From Squalus acanthias (Eukaryota): a stretch of 64,000 nucleotides of DNA. A model generated the notes under the pieces. That model was not told the origin of the DNA, did no database searches, and was given only the letters and a program-made list of their open reading frames with translations. Positions 13,080 through 25,721 of the stretch are shown in pieces (the first letter of the stretch is position 1; the number at the start of each line of letters is the position of its first letter). The stretch covers positions 173,850,001-173,914,000 of the forward strand of contig CM059425.1 of NCBI GenBank assembly GCA_030390025.1. The letters run 5' to 3'. A program made the translations under genes and the position numbers.

Positions 13080-13768
13080 AAGAGGAAGATTGTTTTAGGA
13101 CAGGGAAGTGGGCAGATTTGTGGCAAATACAATTCAAGGTAGATAACTGTCAACTAGTACATTTTGGGGAAAGGTACAGAGAATGGAAATATATCCTAAA
13201 AGATTCTTAAAAGAGTAGACGTACAGAGAGATCTAGAGTGTAGGTACTCAGATTTTTACAAGCAGGATTCTGAGTTTTATGAGTCCATGACTAATGCCCA
13301 GAAGCTTTAGCTAAAACGAATAGGGTGCTAGGGTGTATTTACAGGGCAATTCATTATAAAACAAATATACCATTTTGTCCTTGTACAAGAGCTTGGTTAG
13401 GCCTCAGTTAGAATACTGTGTTCTGTTTTAGTCTCCTCACATGGTGGGTGATATTGAGGCTTTGGAAAGCGTGCAGAGGAGAACCACAAGATTAATTCCT
13501 AGTTTAAAGCATTTTAGTTACCCAGATAGGCTCCAGGACCAGGGTCACTACACTTTAGAGAAGCATAGATTTAGGGGTGATTTGATCGAGGTTTATAAGA
13601 TGGTGATGGGACTTGATTGCGTTTGTGTAGCTCAACTGTTTCAGCTAAATAAGTTAGGGAGGGCCGGGGTCACTCTTACAAGTTATGTAAGGCCAGACAA
13701 GGTTAGATATTAGGAGGTTCTTCTTTTCCAAGAGCAGAGTAGACTTGTGGAACAGGTTGCCGACTCGT
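13080..13768 (+). mobile_element. Old CR1 ORF2 C-terminal fragment
   Basis: LESVQRRTTRLIP...RGDLIEVYK. Confidence 0.8.
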
Positions 13769-13769
13769 G

Positions 13770-14908
13770 TTTAATGACCTTACACGGCAAGTCCAGGTGA
13801 GTGAAGGCTTCAGCAAATGTCATATCCCACCATCTGCACCACAAGCCTCACACATTGCTCAATGCACCACACCCCCATCAATCACCTACCAACAATCTCT
13901 ACCTATCACTACTCAGACCTCACAATCATAGCTTCACTTCACCCTCACAACCTTACCACTGCTGCAACACTCACACCCACATCTCACATCTTGCACACAC
14001 TGACAGCTATTCAACTATGGGAGGCACATCATCAAAACATATTGCACCACACTCACTCAGGCACTTCCATTCTCTTGCAGGCCAAGGTCATGCATAACAG
14101 GAGGGAGCAGCGGAAGACAGGCGGGGGGCAAGCTGCCATGCAGGACCTCACTGACCTGGAGAAGAGAGCCGTGGTTGCCCTGCTCTCAGGCTGCAGGTCT
14201 GGTTGCAGGAGGTGGCAGAGTTCTGTGACCACCTCCTTGGTGAAGCGGAGCCTCCTAATACACTGCTCTTCCCTTAAGTGGATATAAGAGAAGTGCTCTC
14301 AGAAGACCCTAAGTGGGTAAGGCCTCCTGTTGAGAGCCTCCTGGCCCTCCTCCTCCTCCCTCTGCACGCATCTTCTCGTCTTCTTCGCTGCCTTCCCTCC
14401 CTAAGATACTCGAGCACGAGGGGGACTGCCGGTAGAGCCCCCATGACTGTGAGCAAGTGTTGTGAGCAGAACCCTTTAAATAAGAATGAAGGTGTTCTCC
14501 ACTTGCAACAACACTCCCTGTTACCTTAGAACCTTGAAAGAAGTTAATAAAACTGCTGGAGTTGCAGAAAGTTGCACAGAGCCAGTCAAACTGCAGAAAC
14601 ATGTCAGGTGCAAGTTGTTGCTGATGATCCCTTTAAATACTGCTGCTGGAGCCTCCTTCCTGCTCGTCAATGCTTGCTCAGCTTGTTGCATTTAAGGCAT
14701 GCTGGTACGTGGAGCTGCGAAGTCGAAACTTGCAGATCTACATAATCTACATATCCCTAGCGAACATGGAGATCAGCAGTGCTGCCAGCCATCCGAAAAT
14801 GGCAGCCGCCGCAGGACCTGCCAGCAGCAGGCGGAAGAGCGGCGGTTGCCGTTTTTTTGCCCGAATCTGGTGGTAACGGGTGGCGCTAAACCCCTGAATT
14901 TCTAGGCC
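13770..14908. mobile_element. Truncated, internally deleted Harbinger
   Basis: Myb exon 1 end, intron and exon 2 on + (FNDLTRQVQ|gtgagt...ttgcag|AKVMHNRREQRKTGGG) fused to a transposase N-terminus on - (~14172-14444); right TIR GAATTTCTAGGCC. Confidence 0.8.
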
Positions 14909-14909
14909 A

Positions 14910-15150
14910 CTGTCCCTCCTAATTTAATGTCATCTGCAAACTTGGATATATAACTCTCTATTCCTTCATCCAAGTCATTAATAAATAATGAAAAGTTGAG
15001 GCCCCAGAACAAATCTCTGGGGAACACTACTTGTCACATCCTACCAATCTGAGTACATACCCTCTCATATCCTCACTCTACCACCCAACCAATTTCTTAT
15101 CCAAGCCAAAATGCTACCTCAAATTCCTACACTCTCATTTTTGACAATAA
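14910..15150 (-). mobile_element. CR1 RT fragment
   Basis: Antisense FADD region (GTCATCTGCAAACTTGGATAT). Confidence 0.7.
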
Positions 15151-15151
15151 T

Positions 15152-15255
15152 TGACTACACTTCAAAAAGTACTTAATTGGTTGTAAAGCACTTTGTGACG
15201 TCCTGAGGTCATAAAAGGCATTATATAAATGCAAATCTTTTCCTTTTCCTTTCCT
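15152..15255 (+). mobile_element. SINE 3' end with L2-type tail (DeuSINE-like)
   Basis: GACTACACTTCAAAAAGTAC...GTAAAGCACTTTG..ACGTCCTGAGG...TATATAAATGCAA; family assignment is from memory. Confidence 0.5.
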
Positions 15256-15355
15256 TCCTGGCAAAGACCAATGACATCCCTATATTTAAAAAAAAAGTTC
15301 AAATGCCCTTCTGGATATCTGTTTTTCATAGGTATATCGTTTTAATGAACCAAAG

Positions 15356-16100
15356 TCTTCTTCTTCTTAGGCAGTCCCTCGGAACCGAGGATGACTTGCT
15401 TCCACACTAAAAATGAGTTCTCAGGTGACTGATGAGTCCAATGCGGGACCTACAGTCTCTGTCACAGGTAGAGCAGACGGTGGTTGAAGGGGCGGGTCGG
15501 TGGGGTGCTTGGGTTGACGTGTGCTCCTTCCGCTGTTTGCGCTTGGCTTCCGCTTGCTCCCGGCAAAGAGACTCGAGGTGTTCGGCGCCTTCCCGGATGC
15601 TTCTCCTCCACTTTGTGCGGTCTTGGGCCAGGGATTCCCAGGTGTCAGTGGGGATGTTGCACTTTTTCAAGGAGGCTTTGAGGGTGTCCTTGAAGCGTTT
15701 CCTCTGCCCACCTGGGGCTCTCTTGCCATGTCGGAGCTCCGAGTAGAGCACTTGTTTTGGGAGTCTCATAGCGGGCATGCGGACGATGTGGCCCGTCCAT
15801 CGGAGCTGATCGAATGTGGTCAGAGCTTCGATGCTGGGGATGTTGGCCTGAGCGAGAACACTGACATTGGTGCGCCTATCCTGCCAATGGATTTGCAGGA
15901 TCTTGTGGGGGCAGCGTTGGTGGTACCTCTCCAGTGCTTTGAGGTGCCTGCTGTACATGGTCCATGTCTCTGAAGCATACAGGAGGACGGGTATCACTAC
16001 TGCTCTGTAGACCATGAGCTTGGTGCCGGGTTTGAGGTCCTGGTCTTCAAACACTCTCTTCCTCAAGCGACCGAAGGCTGCACTGGCGCACTGAAGGCAG
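15356..16100 (-). mobile_element. RTE-clade LINE, 5'-truncated
   Basis: 219-aa open C-terminus (LLYASETW, QLRWTGHIVRM, GGQRKRFKD, CxxC-H zinc-finger-like end) and a (GAA)n tail at 15356-15368. Confidence 0.9.
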
Positions 16101-17309
16101 TGTAGATGTGGTGTATTTGGACTTTCAAAAGGCTTTCGATAAGGTCCCGCATAAGAGATTAGCGTGTAAAGTTAAGGCACATGGGATTGGGGGCAAGGTA
16201 TTGACTTGGATAGAGAACTGGTTGGCGGACAGAAAGCAGAGAGTAGGAATTAATGGGTCTTTCTCCGAGTGGCAGGCAGTGACTAGTGGGGTACCGCAGG
16301 GATCGGTCCTTGGACCCCAGCTAATCACAATGTACATTAATGATCTAGATAAGGGAACTAAATGTAATATCTCCAAGTTTGCAGATGACACAAAGCTGGG
16401 TGGGCGTGTGTGCTGCGAGGAGGATACCGGAAACTCCAGGATGATTTGGACAGGTTGGGTGAGTGGGCAGAAGCGTGGCAGATGCAATATAACGTGGATA
16501 AATGCGAGGTTATCCACTTTGGTGTCAAAAACAGAAAGGCAGACTATTATCTGAATGGCAATAGATTTGGAGAAGGGGAAGTGCAAAGAGACCTGGGTGT
16601 CCTTGTGCACCAGTCGCTGAAGGTAAGCATGCAGGTGCAGCAGGCGGTGAAGAAGGCAAATGGTATGTTGGCCTTCATAGCGAAAGGGTTTGAGTATAGG
16701 AACAGGGATGTCCTGCTGCAGTTGTACAGGGCCTTGGTGAGACCACACCTTGAGTACTATGTGCAGTTTTGGTCGCCTTATCTGAGGAAGGATGTTCTTG
16801 CCATGGAAGGAGTTCAGCGAAGATTCACAAGGCTGATACCTGGGATGGCAGGAATGACATATGAGGAGAGATTGGGTCGATTGGGCTTATACTCGCTGGA
16901 GTATAGAAGAATGAGAGGGGATCTCATCGAAACATATAAAATTCTGACAGGTCTGGACAAACTAGATGCAGGAAGAATGTTCCCGATGGTCGGAGAGTCC
17001 AGAACCAGGGGTCATAATCTAAGGATAAGGGGTAAGCCATTTAGGACAGAAATGAGGAAGAATTTCTTCACCCAGAGAGTGGTGAATCTGTGGAATTCTC
17101 TACCACAGAAGGTAGTTGAGGCCAAGTCATTAAATATATTCAAGAATGAGTTAGATATATTTCTTAAAGCTAAAGGTATCAAGGGATATGGGGAGAAGGC
17201 AGGTACAGGGTACTGAGTTTGGATGATCAGCCATGATCTCATCGAATGGCGGAGCAGGCTCGAGGGGCCGAATGGCCTACTCCTGCTCCTATCTTCTATG
17301 TTTCTATGT
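16101..17309 (+). mobile_element. Young CR1 LINE, 5'-truncated
   Basis: [28 protein letters not shown]; tail CCTATCTTCTATGTTTCTATG. Confidence 0.93.
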
Positions 17310-17927
17310 TGGACTTCGTCGTCACTATACCACCATTTTTTGTTCTTGTGTTCTTGTTGGCTCCTCCACTCTGAAGGCAAGATGGTTCAGGAAAATAGAA
17401 CAAACTGACAGCTAGAAAACGCAAAAGGGTTTTGGAGGAAGGATAGTTAGGCTTACTTTTAAGGGAACAACAGAGGGTCAAACAAAAAATTTAGGAGTGA
17501 GAAAAGGAGAAATGTAGTTAAGGAATGACAGTAATAGCAAAAAACAAAAAAGCTGAAATGTATGTATGCTTATGCAAAAAAACTTGAATAAAACTAGAAG
17601 CAATAATGCAGTAGAAAAATACATCAGTGCTTTAACTGAATTTTGCTTAACTGCACTGTCATGTGGTTTCAACACTGCCAACATAGGAACATTGGGAGCT
17701 TGGTAATGATGGCAGAGTTTGTTACCCTTTTCAAATCCTTATGTTGAGATATTCTGGAATTTTTAACAGTCTATTCTAATGGGCGTGTGGATTTCAATGT
17801 CACTGGCTCAGCTGACCGATGAGACAGAATCTTCTCAGTAACTGAATGTTGACGAGGTCCACCACCTACTGAAGGCCTAAAGTGCAGCGTGCAGTGTTGC
17901 TAATGTGCCACGGTGTGTAGGAACTCA

Positions 17928-18135
17928 GGAGTAGAAATTGGTCTTCATTGCACCGTAGAAAGGGGGGCAAGAATGACCAATTTTGAAGAGCTATGCCCTG
18001 TGCCATATTGGCCCCTGACCATTTTCAGACATTTGAGGTGGCCATTTAAAACAGGTGTTAGACCTCTTGCATATGTTAATGAGGGGCTTAACGCCTGTTT
18101 TAGTACCCCTCGAGGAAATTGGGCTGCCGTGACCC
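17928..18135. mobile_element. Harbinger-type MITE fragment, same family as 12113
   Basis: GGAGTAGAAATTGG start and the shared internal imperfect palindrome. Confidence 0.45.
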
Positions 18136-19408
18136 ACCTTCTTTGTATCGTCAGCAAATTTGGCTACAATACATTCGGTCCCTTCATCCAAGTCATTAAT
18201 ATAGATTGTAAATAGTTGGGGCTCCAGCACTGATCCCTGTGGCACCCTACTAGTTACAGTTTGCCAACCTGAAAATGACCCATTTATCCCGACTCTCTGT
18301 TTTCTGTTAGTTAGCCAATCCTCTATCCATGCTAATATATTACCCTCAACACCATGAGCTCTTATCTTGTGCAGTAACCTTTTATGTGGCACCTTATTGA
18401 ATGCCTTTTAGAAATCCAAATACACTACATCTACTGGTTCCCCTTTATCCACCCTGTTCGTTACATCCTCAAAGAACTCCAATAAATTTGTCAAACACGA
18501 TTTCCCTTTCATAAACCATGTTGACTCTGTTTGATTGTATTATGATTCTCTAAATGTCCTGCTACTATTTCTTTAATAATGGATTCCCACATTTTCCCAT
18601 TGACAGATGTTAGGCTAACTGGCCTATAGTTTCCTACTTTCTGTCTCCCTCCTTTCTTGAATAGGGGCGTTACATTTGCAGTTTTCCAATCCGCTGGGAC
18701 CTTTCCAGAATCTAGGGAATTTTGGAAGATTACAACCAATGCATCCACTATCTCTGCAGCCACTTCTTTTAAGACCCTAGGATGCAGGCCATCAGGTCCA
18801 GGGGACTTGTCAGCCTTTAGTCCCATTAGTTTGCCTAGTACTTTTTCTCTAGTGATAATGATTGTTTTAAGTTCCTCCCTCCCTTTTGCCCCTTGATTTT
18901 CCACTATTATTGGGATGCTTTGAGTGTCTTCTACTGTGAAGACATACAAAATATTTGTTCAAAGTCTCTGCCATTTCTTTGTTTCCCATTATTAATTCCC
19001 CAGTCTCATCCTCTAAGGGACCAACGTTTACTTTATCTACTCTCTTCCTTTTTATATACTTGTAGAAGGCCCTGTCTGTTTTTACATTTCTTGCTAGTTT
19101 ACTCTCATAATCTATTTTCTCCCTCTATTATTTTTTTAGTCATCCTTTGCAAGTTTCTAAAAAATTCCCAATCTTCTGGCCTACCACTAATCTTCGCAAC
19201 AATGTATGCCTTTTCTTTCAATTTGATACCCTCCTTAACTTCCTTACTTAGCCATGATTGGTTCATCCTTGTTGTAGTCTTCCTCACCGGAATATATCTT
19301 TGTTGAGAGTTATGAAATATCTCCTTAAAAGTCTGCCACTGCTTATCTACCGTCTTACCTTTTAATCTCTTTTCCCAGTCCACTTTAGCCAACTCTGTCT
19401 TCATACCC
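18136..19408 (-). mobile_element. CR1 ORF2 internal fragment
   Basis: KSPGPDGLHPRVLKE, NYRPVSLTS, KFADD. Confidence 0.9.
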
Positions 19409-19409
19409 T

Positions 19410-20669
19410 TCCTCAGCCAGGTGTAGAGCGCCTAGCAGCCACCCTCGGGTTCGACGTGGTGGCTGGAAGATTGCTGACACAGCGGACTGGTGCAGGATGA
19501 ACGCATCATGACTGCTGCCAGGATACTAGGCATTCACCATCAGGATATGCTGGGCATGGTCGCACACCAACTGCACATTAAGTGAGTGGTACCCTTTGCG
19601 GTTACGGAACATCTCACCATTGAGATGCGGCGCCTGCAAAGCCCTTTGTGTGAAGTCGATGGTATCCTGCACCATTGGGAAGCCTGATACCCTGGCAAAG
19701 CCCCTGTGCGCTCCCCTAGCAGTCCCCTCTCCTAGAGTACAGAGCCTCTGTGACCTCCCGGTTGCAGCAATGGATGGCGAACTGCGAGTTTTTTGCTATG
19801 TCGCCTGTTCCAGCCTGGAAGGATCCGCTGGCGAAAAAATTCAGAGCCATGGTCACTTTGAGGGCCACTGGCAGAGCTGTTGTTGCCCTGCTCTTAGGCT
19901 GCAGTTCTGGTTCCAAGAGGTGGCAGTGTTCTGTGACTACCTTGGTGAAGTGAAGCTGCCGAACACACTGCTCCTGGCTTAGGTGCAGGTAGGAGAAGTG
20001 TTCCCTGAAGATCCTAGATGGGTAAGACTTCTTGTTGAGAGCCCTCCTCTTCCTCTTCCTCCTCTTCCCACTGCGAGCAGCTTGTCTTCTTTGCTGCCTC
20101 TGCTCCATCTCCCTGTCATGCTGCAGTGCAAGGTGGACTGCAACTAGAGGCCCCGTGACTGGGAGCAAGTGGTGTACTCAGAGGTCTTCCAGTAGCAGCC
20201 AACGCCTTCCCAACATCCAGCAGCACTTCCTGCACACTTTAACAACTTTTGAAATGTCTTCCAGCAACCTAGTATTCATACAAACTCTGCAAGAGCCAGT
20301 AAAAGAGCAATAATCAACTTACCTGCAAGTTGGATCTATCCATTTAAATAGCGTTGGATGGGGGCTGGGGGGGTCCCTCGTGCAGCTGAACACATGTTCA
20401 GCTGTGCGTGTTTAGGAGAGGGCGTTGAATGGAGCGGCGACATCCAAAATGGTAGGTTGTACGTCAAGTTAGCGTTACACGCTGACTGACATTACGATCT
20501 GCCTACTCTGCATACTGCTGGCACATGCACGTACCACCCGCACTATCGCCCTTACCAAGATGGCGAACAGTACGGGCTGCGCCGGAAGTGGGTGGAAGCG
20601 AGGTGGACGCCATTTCTTTTTTAGAACCGGCCATAACTACCAGCGCTAAAGTGCTGAATTTCGCAGCCC
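19410..20669 (-). mobile_element. Truncated Harbinger: transposase 5' half and its TIR
   Basis: [26 protein letters not shown] remnants; end CTGAATTTCGCAGCCC. Confidence 0.82.
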
Positions 20670-21121
20670 TTTTTTATTCCCTATACCAGTATGACGGGCG
20701 GTGTACTTTTGGCTCATAATGAGCATGGGCTTTCTGCTGTACAGTTACTGCATTGAAAAGAAATATCTGTGTTCCTTGTTGGACATCAGCCTTTTAAAAT
20801 TACAAATGCACATTTCAGCTGTTCTGTCTCAAGAATCAGTACCTTTTTTAGGGTGTATTATACACTGGCTTCAGCATCGCAGTGAAGCAATTTTTATTGT
20901 ACTACAGTGCTGAAGATGCCGTGTAAATAGAGATTATGCCAGTGATCTCAGAGTGGAGTCCACTGAATGCATGTGGAACCCCAAGCAGCTGTGGATTTCA
21001 CACCTGGACTGCCGATCCCAGACCATAGTGTAAATGTGGTCTTCGCATTTCAGGTTTAAAGTGCATAGTAGAGCACTGGAACTTTACCAACGAAACAGGT
21101 AAAATTGCATACTTAAGGAAG

Positions 21122-21245
21122 TTTTTTTTATTTATTCATTCATTCATGGGATGTGGGCATCACTGTCAAGGCCAGCATTTATTGCCCATCCTTAATTGCC
21201 CTTGAGAAGGTGATGGTGAGCCGCCTTCTTGAACTGCTGCAGTCC
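21122..21245 (-). mobile_element. 3' tail of the second Jockey-group LINE family (another copy at ~24460-24580)
   Basis: Matches the tails at 36290-36399 and 49433-49550. Confidence 0.7.
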
Positions 21246-21424
21246 GTAAGACTTTGAGATATAATCTGACAAAGCTTAACATCGACAAGTTTCCAAGGTG
21301 ATCAAATTCGAATAGCCTTGCAACCACTTGAGCGTGCCCAGTTTCGCTCCGAGAATGTTCTAACGTCAATGCTATAAGTCCAGCCTTATATATGTTAATC
21401 TAACCTTAGTTCTTGCAAGATTAT

Positions 21425-23372
21425 GGCCACGAAATTGGGAACTTTAGCGCGGCTGTTAAGGCCGGTTTGGAAGAAAAAATGGCGATTGCCTTGCTTCCAG
21501 TGCGGAATGTGGTGGCCGCCATATTGGGCAGGTCGACAGCACTGCCATTGGCTGCGCTCACCACATATATTTAAATGATCCAGATCGTGACGTCAATCGG
21601 CAATTGATGCACGATCTGTGATTTTCAATGTCACTGCTCTTAATACTGCCCTCTCCAAACCACGCATGGAAGAACATGTGTGCAGCAGTACAACAGAGAA
21701 GCTGCTAGCGCTTCTTAAAGGGACACACACAACTTTCAGGTAAGTTTAGATTTTTGCTTTTGGACTTTTTTTTACATTTTATTGGAGTAGTGGCTTGGTG
21801 CAATACATTTAAAAAGTTGTTAAAGTGTGCAGGGGGTGCTGCTGGACGTTTGCAAGGCTTTGGCTCTTAAAGGAAGGCCTCTGAGAAGACCACTTGCTCC
21901 CAGTCATGTGGGCTCCAGTTGCAGTCCCCCTTGGGCTGTAGAATCACATGGAGCAGCAAAGGAGACAAGCTGCTCACAGACGGAGGAAAAAGCCGAAGAG
22001 GAGGAAGCGGAAGGAAGGAGGCAATCCAGAAAGCCCCTTTCTGGGGCTATCCCCAATCTAGGATCGAATCATCCGCCTGCAGTACCAGTGACCACAACCC
22101 CATTTCCCCTTCCAACATTTGTCCCACACCTTACCTTCCCTCTGTTACTGACCATCACAGCGTCCTCTTGGCCACAATGCCGAAATAAAAGCCACCACAA
22201 AGCAAACTTTCCAATCCAACTTTATCCATATATTACATCAAAAAATCAACTATTCACCCTTGTGCATTCCCTTAGTGACTATCTCACGTGTGCCTTTGCC
22301 TATCCTAGAGATGTCATGCAGTGCTACCCCAGTGGCTGCAGCATGGCTAGTGGAAGGCTGCTGACTTTCAGTGGGGGTCACTGCAGATGGCCTTGCAGGA
22401 CGACCTCGAGGAGCTGGTGGTCGGGCGTGTGAAATCGAGTGACGGTGTTTCTACTTCTTCTTGTTCATTCCCCTCTCTCTCTTCATGGTCAACCACTGGC
22501 TGGGCAGGCTGGATTTCTTGGATGTCTGAAATGAGGAAGGCACAGGGTCGTGGTGAGGGGAGTGGGGGAAAGCAAGAGGTGCATGCGTACACCATGTGCA
22601 GCTTGTAAATCAGAAGAGATTATGGGATGAGGGGGAAGTGGGATGTGAGAAGGAGGATAACATATGAGGATACTGGCATCTTGTAATCTTTCAACCCCGC
22701 CGCTGGCCAAGGGTTCAGCTGTGCCCCTGTCAAGAATGGCCAGCATTGTCTCCTCCAAGGGAGTGAGGTGAAGCTAGGAATGTGAGGTGTGCCTCGTGTT
22801 TGGTAGAGATTGTTGGTAGGTGAGCGATGGGGCGGTGGGGGGTGTGGTCGTGCATTGAGCAGTGTGTGAGGCTAGTGTGCAGTTAGTAGGAGACGGCTTT
22901 TGAGGTCATGAAACTTCTTTGGGCACTGGAGCCGGGTCCTGGGGGCAACACTGTGACGACCTCGGCGATCTGGTCCCACTTCCTCCTTTCTGGATGGCCT
23001 CCTGGCCCCCTGGGGTAGAGAACCTCTCTTCCAGTATTGACCCCCTGCACAAAGCTGGAGTGCTGCGTGCGAGACCTTGGGTGCCCTTTCCCTGGCCTGT
23101 TGAGCCATTTGTGTTAGTGCTGAAGCACTTTTAGCACTTTTTATCTGCAGAAGGCAGCTCAGCTTTAAAAGCTGGAGACGGCCTTGAGGAGGAGCAAGCT
23201 AACTTTAAGTAAAGCTAGCCTCGCTCCAGCGACACAAACTTCAGTCCCCTATCCTGATAATTAGCAGGCCCCACCAAATTGATGTGCTGCCTGTGCTTTT
23301 AGAACGGGTGCGGGCATATCTCGCATCGCGGTGCCCGCGCCCATTTTTTAGTGCTATCAAATTTCACCCCCC
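21425..23372. mobile_element. Degraded non-autonomous Harbinger
   Basis: Ends GGCCACGAAATT and AAATTTCACCCCCC; Myb remnant MAQQARERAPK...QCPKKFHDL on -; collapsed transposase on +. TSD not resolved. Confidence 0.7.
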
Positions 23373-25260
23373 TTGAGCCAGCTTTCAGCCAGCATGTCAA
23401 TCAATTTCAGTATCTCCCAAGCCAACTCCTGCACATTCTACAGTAAGCAGAAACAGACAGTTTCTCATGGCATGATCTCATAAACATGAGATAACACATG
23501 GAGACAGAATGTCTTGCTACATGGTATTTATCGAGGGCAAGCTAACTACAACAAGATTAAGTGAACATCAGACAAGGCCTAGTGATGCTTTCCTTAACAA
23601 TTATACAGTAACTTGCAGAAAATGCTTTTCTTACACCACGTCAGTGTTGCAGCGCCTGCACCCCTGACACTGATCGGGCACAGAACATTGCTTCCAGAAA
23701 TTAGTCCTCTTTGCGTCCATTTTACACCCGATTTCTAACCCCAGTATTTCAAATTTCTAACGTTAGCGATTGACTAATGATATATCTGCCTTCCATTCCT
23801 GCTGCTTCATCACACCTTAAAGGTTTTTCTGTTTTACTTTTATATTTGTGTTTTTACCTTGTTTCTACCTGCCTGAGATTGAATTCAGTTACAATGCCAG
23901 TATGTCACAATAACATTATCAGAATACCCCAAGTATGTCCAACTTCCGTCTGCACTCCAAATGTAATTAAGTTTTTGAAGTGCGTTCAGATATTTCAATG
24001 TGATAAGTCACTCTTGAAATGCAATTCTAATTAATAGTTTTTCAACTTTCCAATAATTTTTCATTATAATGTACAGCTGATACTATAATAGCAGACTATA
24101 GTATCTTCTGTCTTCTCCCAGCTTGATCAGTAAAATGTAAGAAAATTCTACTTTCAGATATCGGTCAATGCCACAAGTATAAAAAAAAAGTAGCAACTTC
24201 TCATTAAGAAAATTCCAAGTCAGAATACCTTGTACGTGTATGATTTTCAGCTAAATGAATGATCTTTATCAATTTACAGTATTATGGAAAATATAACTTC
24301 TCTCTTCTATATACTGTAATTTTTCTTTTGCACAAACTCCAGTGGTGGCACATACTTTGCTTCATAAGATTGGCAACAACCAAAGCAATAGGTGTGCAAG
24401 ACATAGAGGGTAATGTGCGATAATGAATTGGCAGCCCCTGAGGGCTTGCACCCATAGTATTTTTATATTAGTTCTCAGGATGTTGACAATGCTTGCAAGG
24501 CTGCATTCATTGTTCAACTCTAGTTGCCCATAGAAGGTAGTGGTCAGCTTTCTCCTTAAACCGCTGCAGTCCTTGTGGTGGGTGGGCAGTTAAAATTGCT
24601 CCTTACACGTCTTGGATCTGGAACCTGCCTGATTTGTTTATAAGGCCACAGTAATATTCTTTGAATGCAAGGCAAACAGAACTGAGAATTAATAATTTCT
24701 CTTCATTTAGTACATAATTAGAAACATTATAAAATATTAAGTCAAGATTTTTATATATATGAGCCCACATCATCACATACTGTAGTACATATGTGTAATG
24801 TATTTTTCCATATTAATTGTTAAATATTTTGCTTCTTCATTCTTACTGTTTCTTTTCTTCTAATGCATTGCAGCATAATATCATGATGGACGTTTGTTAA
24901 AAACAAATTTTGCCGATCAATAATGCCAGCATATCAGCTTATTAGTTGTAAAATAAATGTGCAACATTTATATTGCTGTGCTACTACATTTTCACAGAAA
25001 TTTTCTTGAAAAAATGCCTCAAGTAACCCAATGCCTGTTACAGCAATACTAAAAGAAATGCTGAAGAAAACAGACCTATAAGGTTCCCTTCACAAAATCA
25101 TTGTCTGTAGGATTAGAATGGACAGAAATGTGAAAACTGATAATATAGTTTAATATTATTGTAACATCATCCATTTAAATGTGAATAATAGTGTTTTGTT
25201 ATGTATGAGCATTTTAATATATATAACGGTGACTGAAACATTTTATTTTCTATTACTTAG

Positions 25261-25339
25261 TGGTGCTACATCAGTGGTGTATCAATGCAGACAAAAGGGA
25301 ACTGAGAAGCCTTATGCTGTGAAAATGCTGAAGAAAACT
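25261..25339 (+). CDS. CAMK4: Calcium/calmodulin-dependent protein kinase IV, coding exon 2 (79 bp)
   Basis: ttacttag|T GGT GCT ACA... = GATSVVYQCRQKGTEKPYAVKMLKKT|gtgagt, matching kinase subdomains I-II of CaMKIV, with canonical splice sites. Confidence 0.93.
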
Positions 25340-25721
25340 GTGAGTCTTTACTGTGTTTAGACAAGAAATGTTGTTATATCTTGGGTTAATAGGGCAGGAG
25401 GTTTTATTTGTGAGAAGCAATGAGGCAGGTATAAAGTAAAACAGGAAAAAGCAAGGCAAGGAAAAGAAATGTCCATTGTTACACAACTGAATAATATGGA
25501 ATTCTTTTCAGTGTATGGTAATCTGTGGTATTTAATCCAGATTAAAATGTCAGATTGCCTTCTTCGAATCACAAATCCACGCATGCATTTCCTGTTAGCT
25601 GTAAGTACACAGACTAATTTCTGATTACAGTGGCACCTCCCTTAACTGCCGTAATAGAAGAGGAGCCCACAGGCGGATAATGGAAATTGATGGTTAATTG
25701 AGAGTTCCATTGAATTAAACT

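Noticed and set aside
16125..16748. Long antisense ORFs over CR1 RT (also 26581, 38388, 39041, 56978, 57664)
   Set aside because: These are shadow frames of the RT coding strand with no independent support.
17928..20669. One Harbinger spanning the CR1 fragment
   Set aside because: The ends are dissimilar and there is no matching TSD; probably two separate fragments.
20851..21041. Old MITE with ATTTACACT-like inverted ends
   Set aside because: The inverted match is too weak and no TSD is evident.
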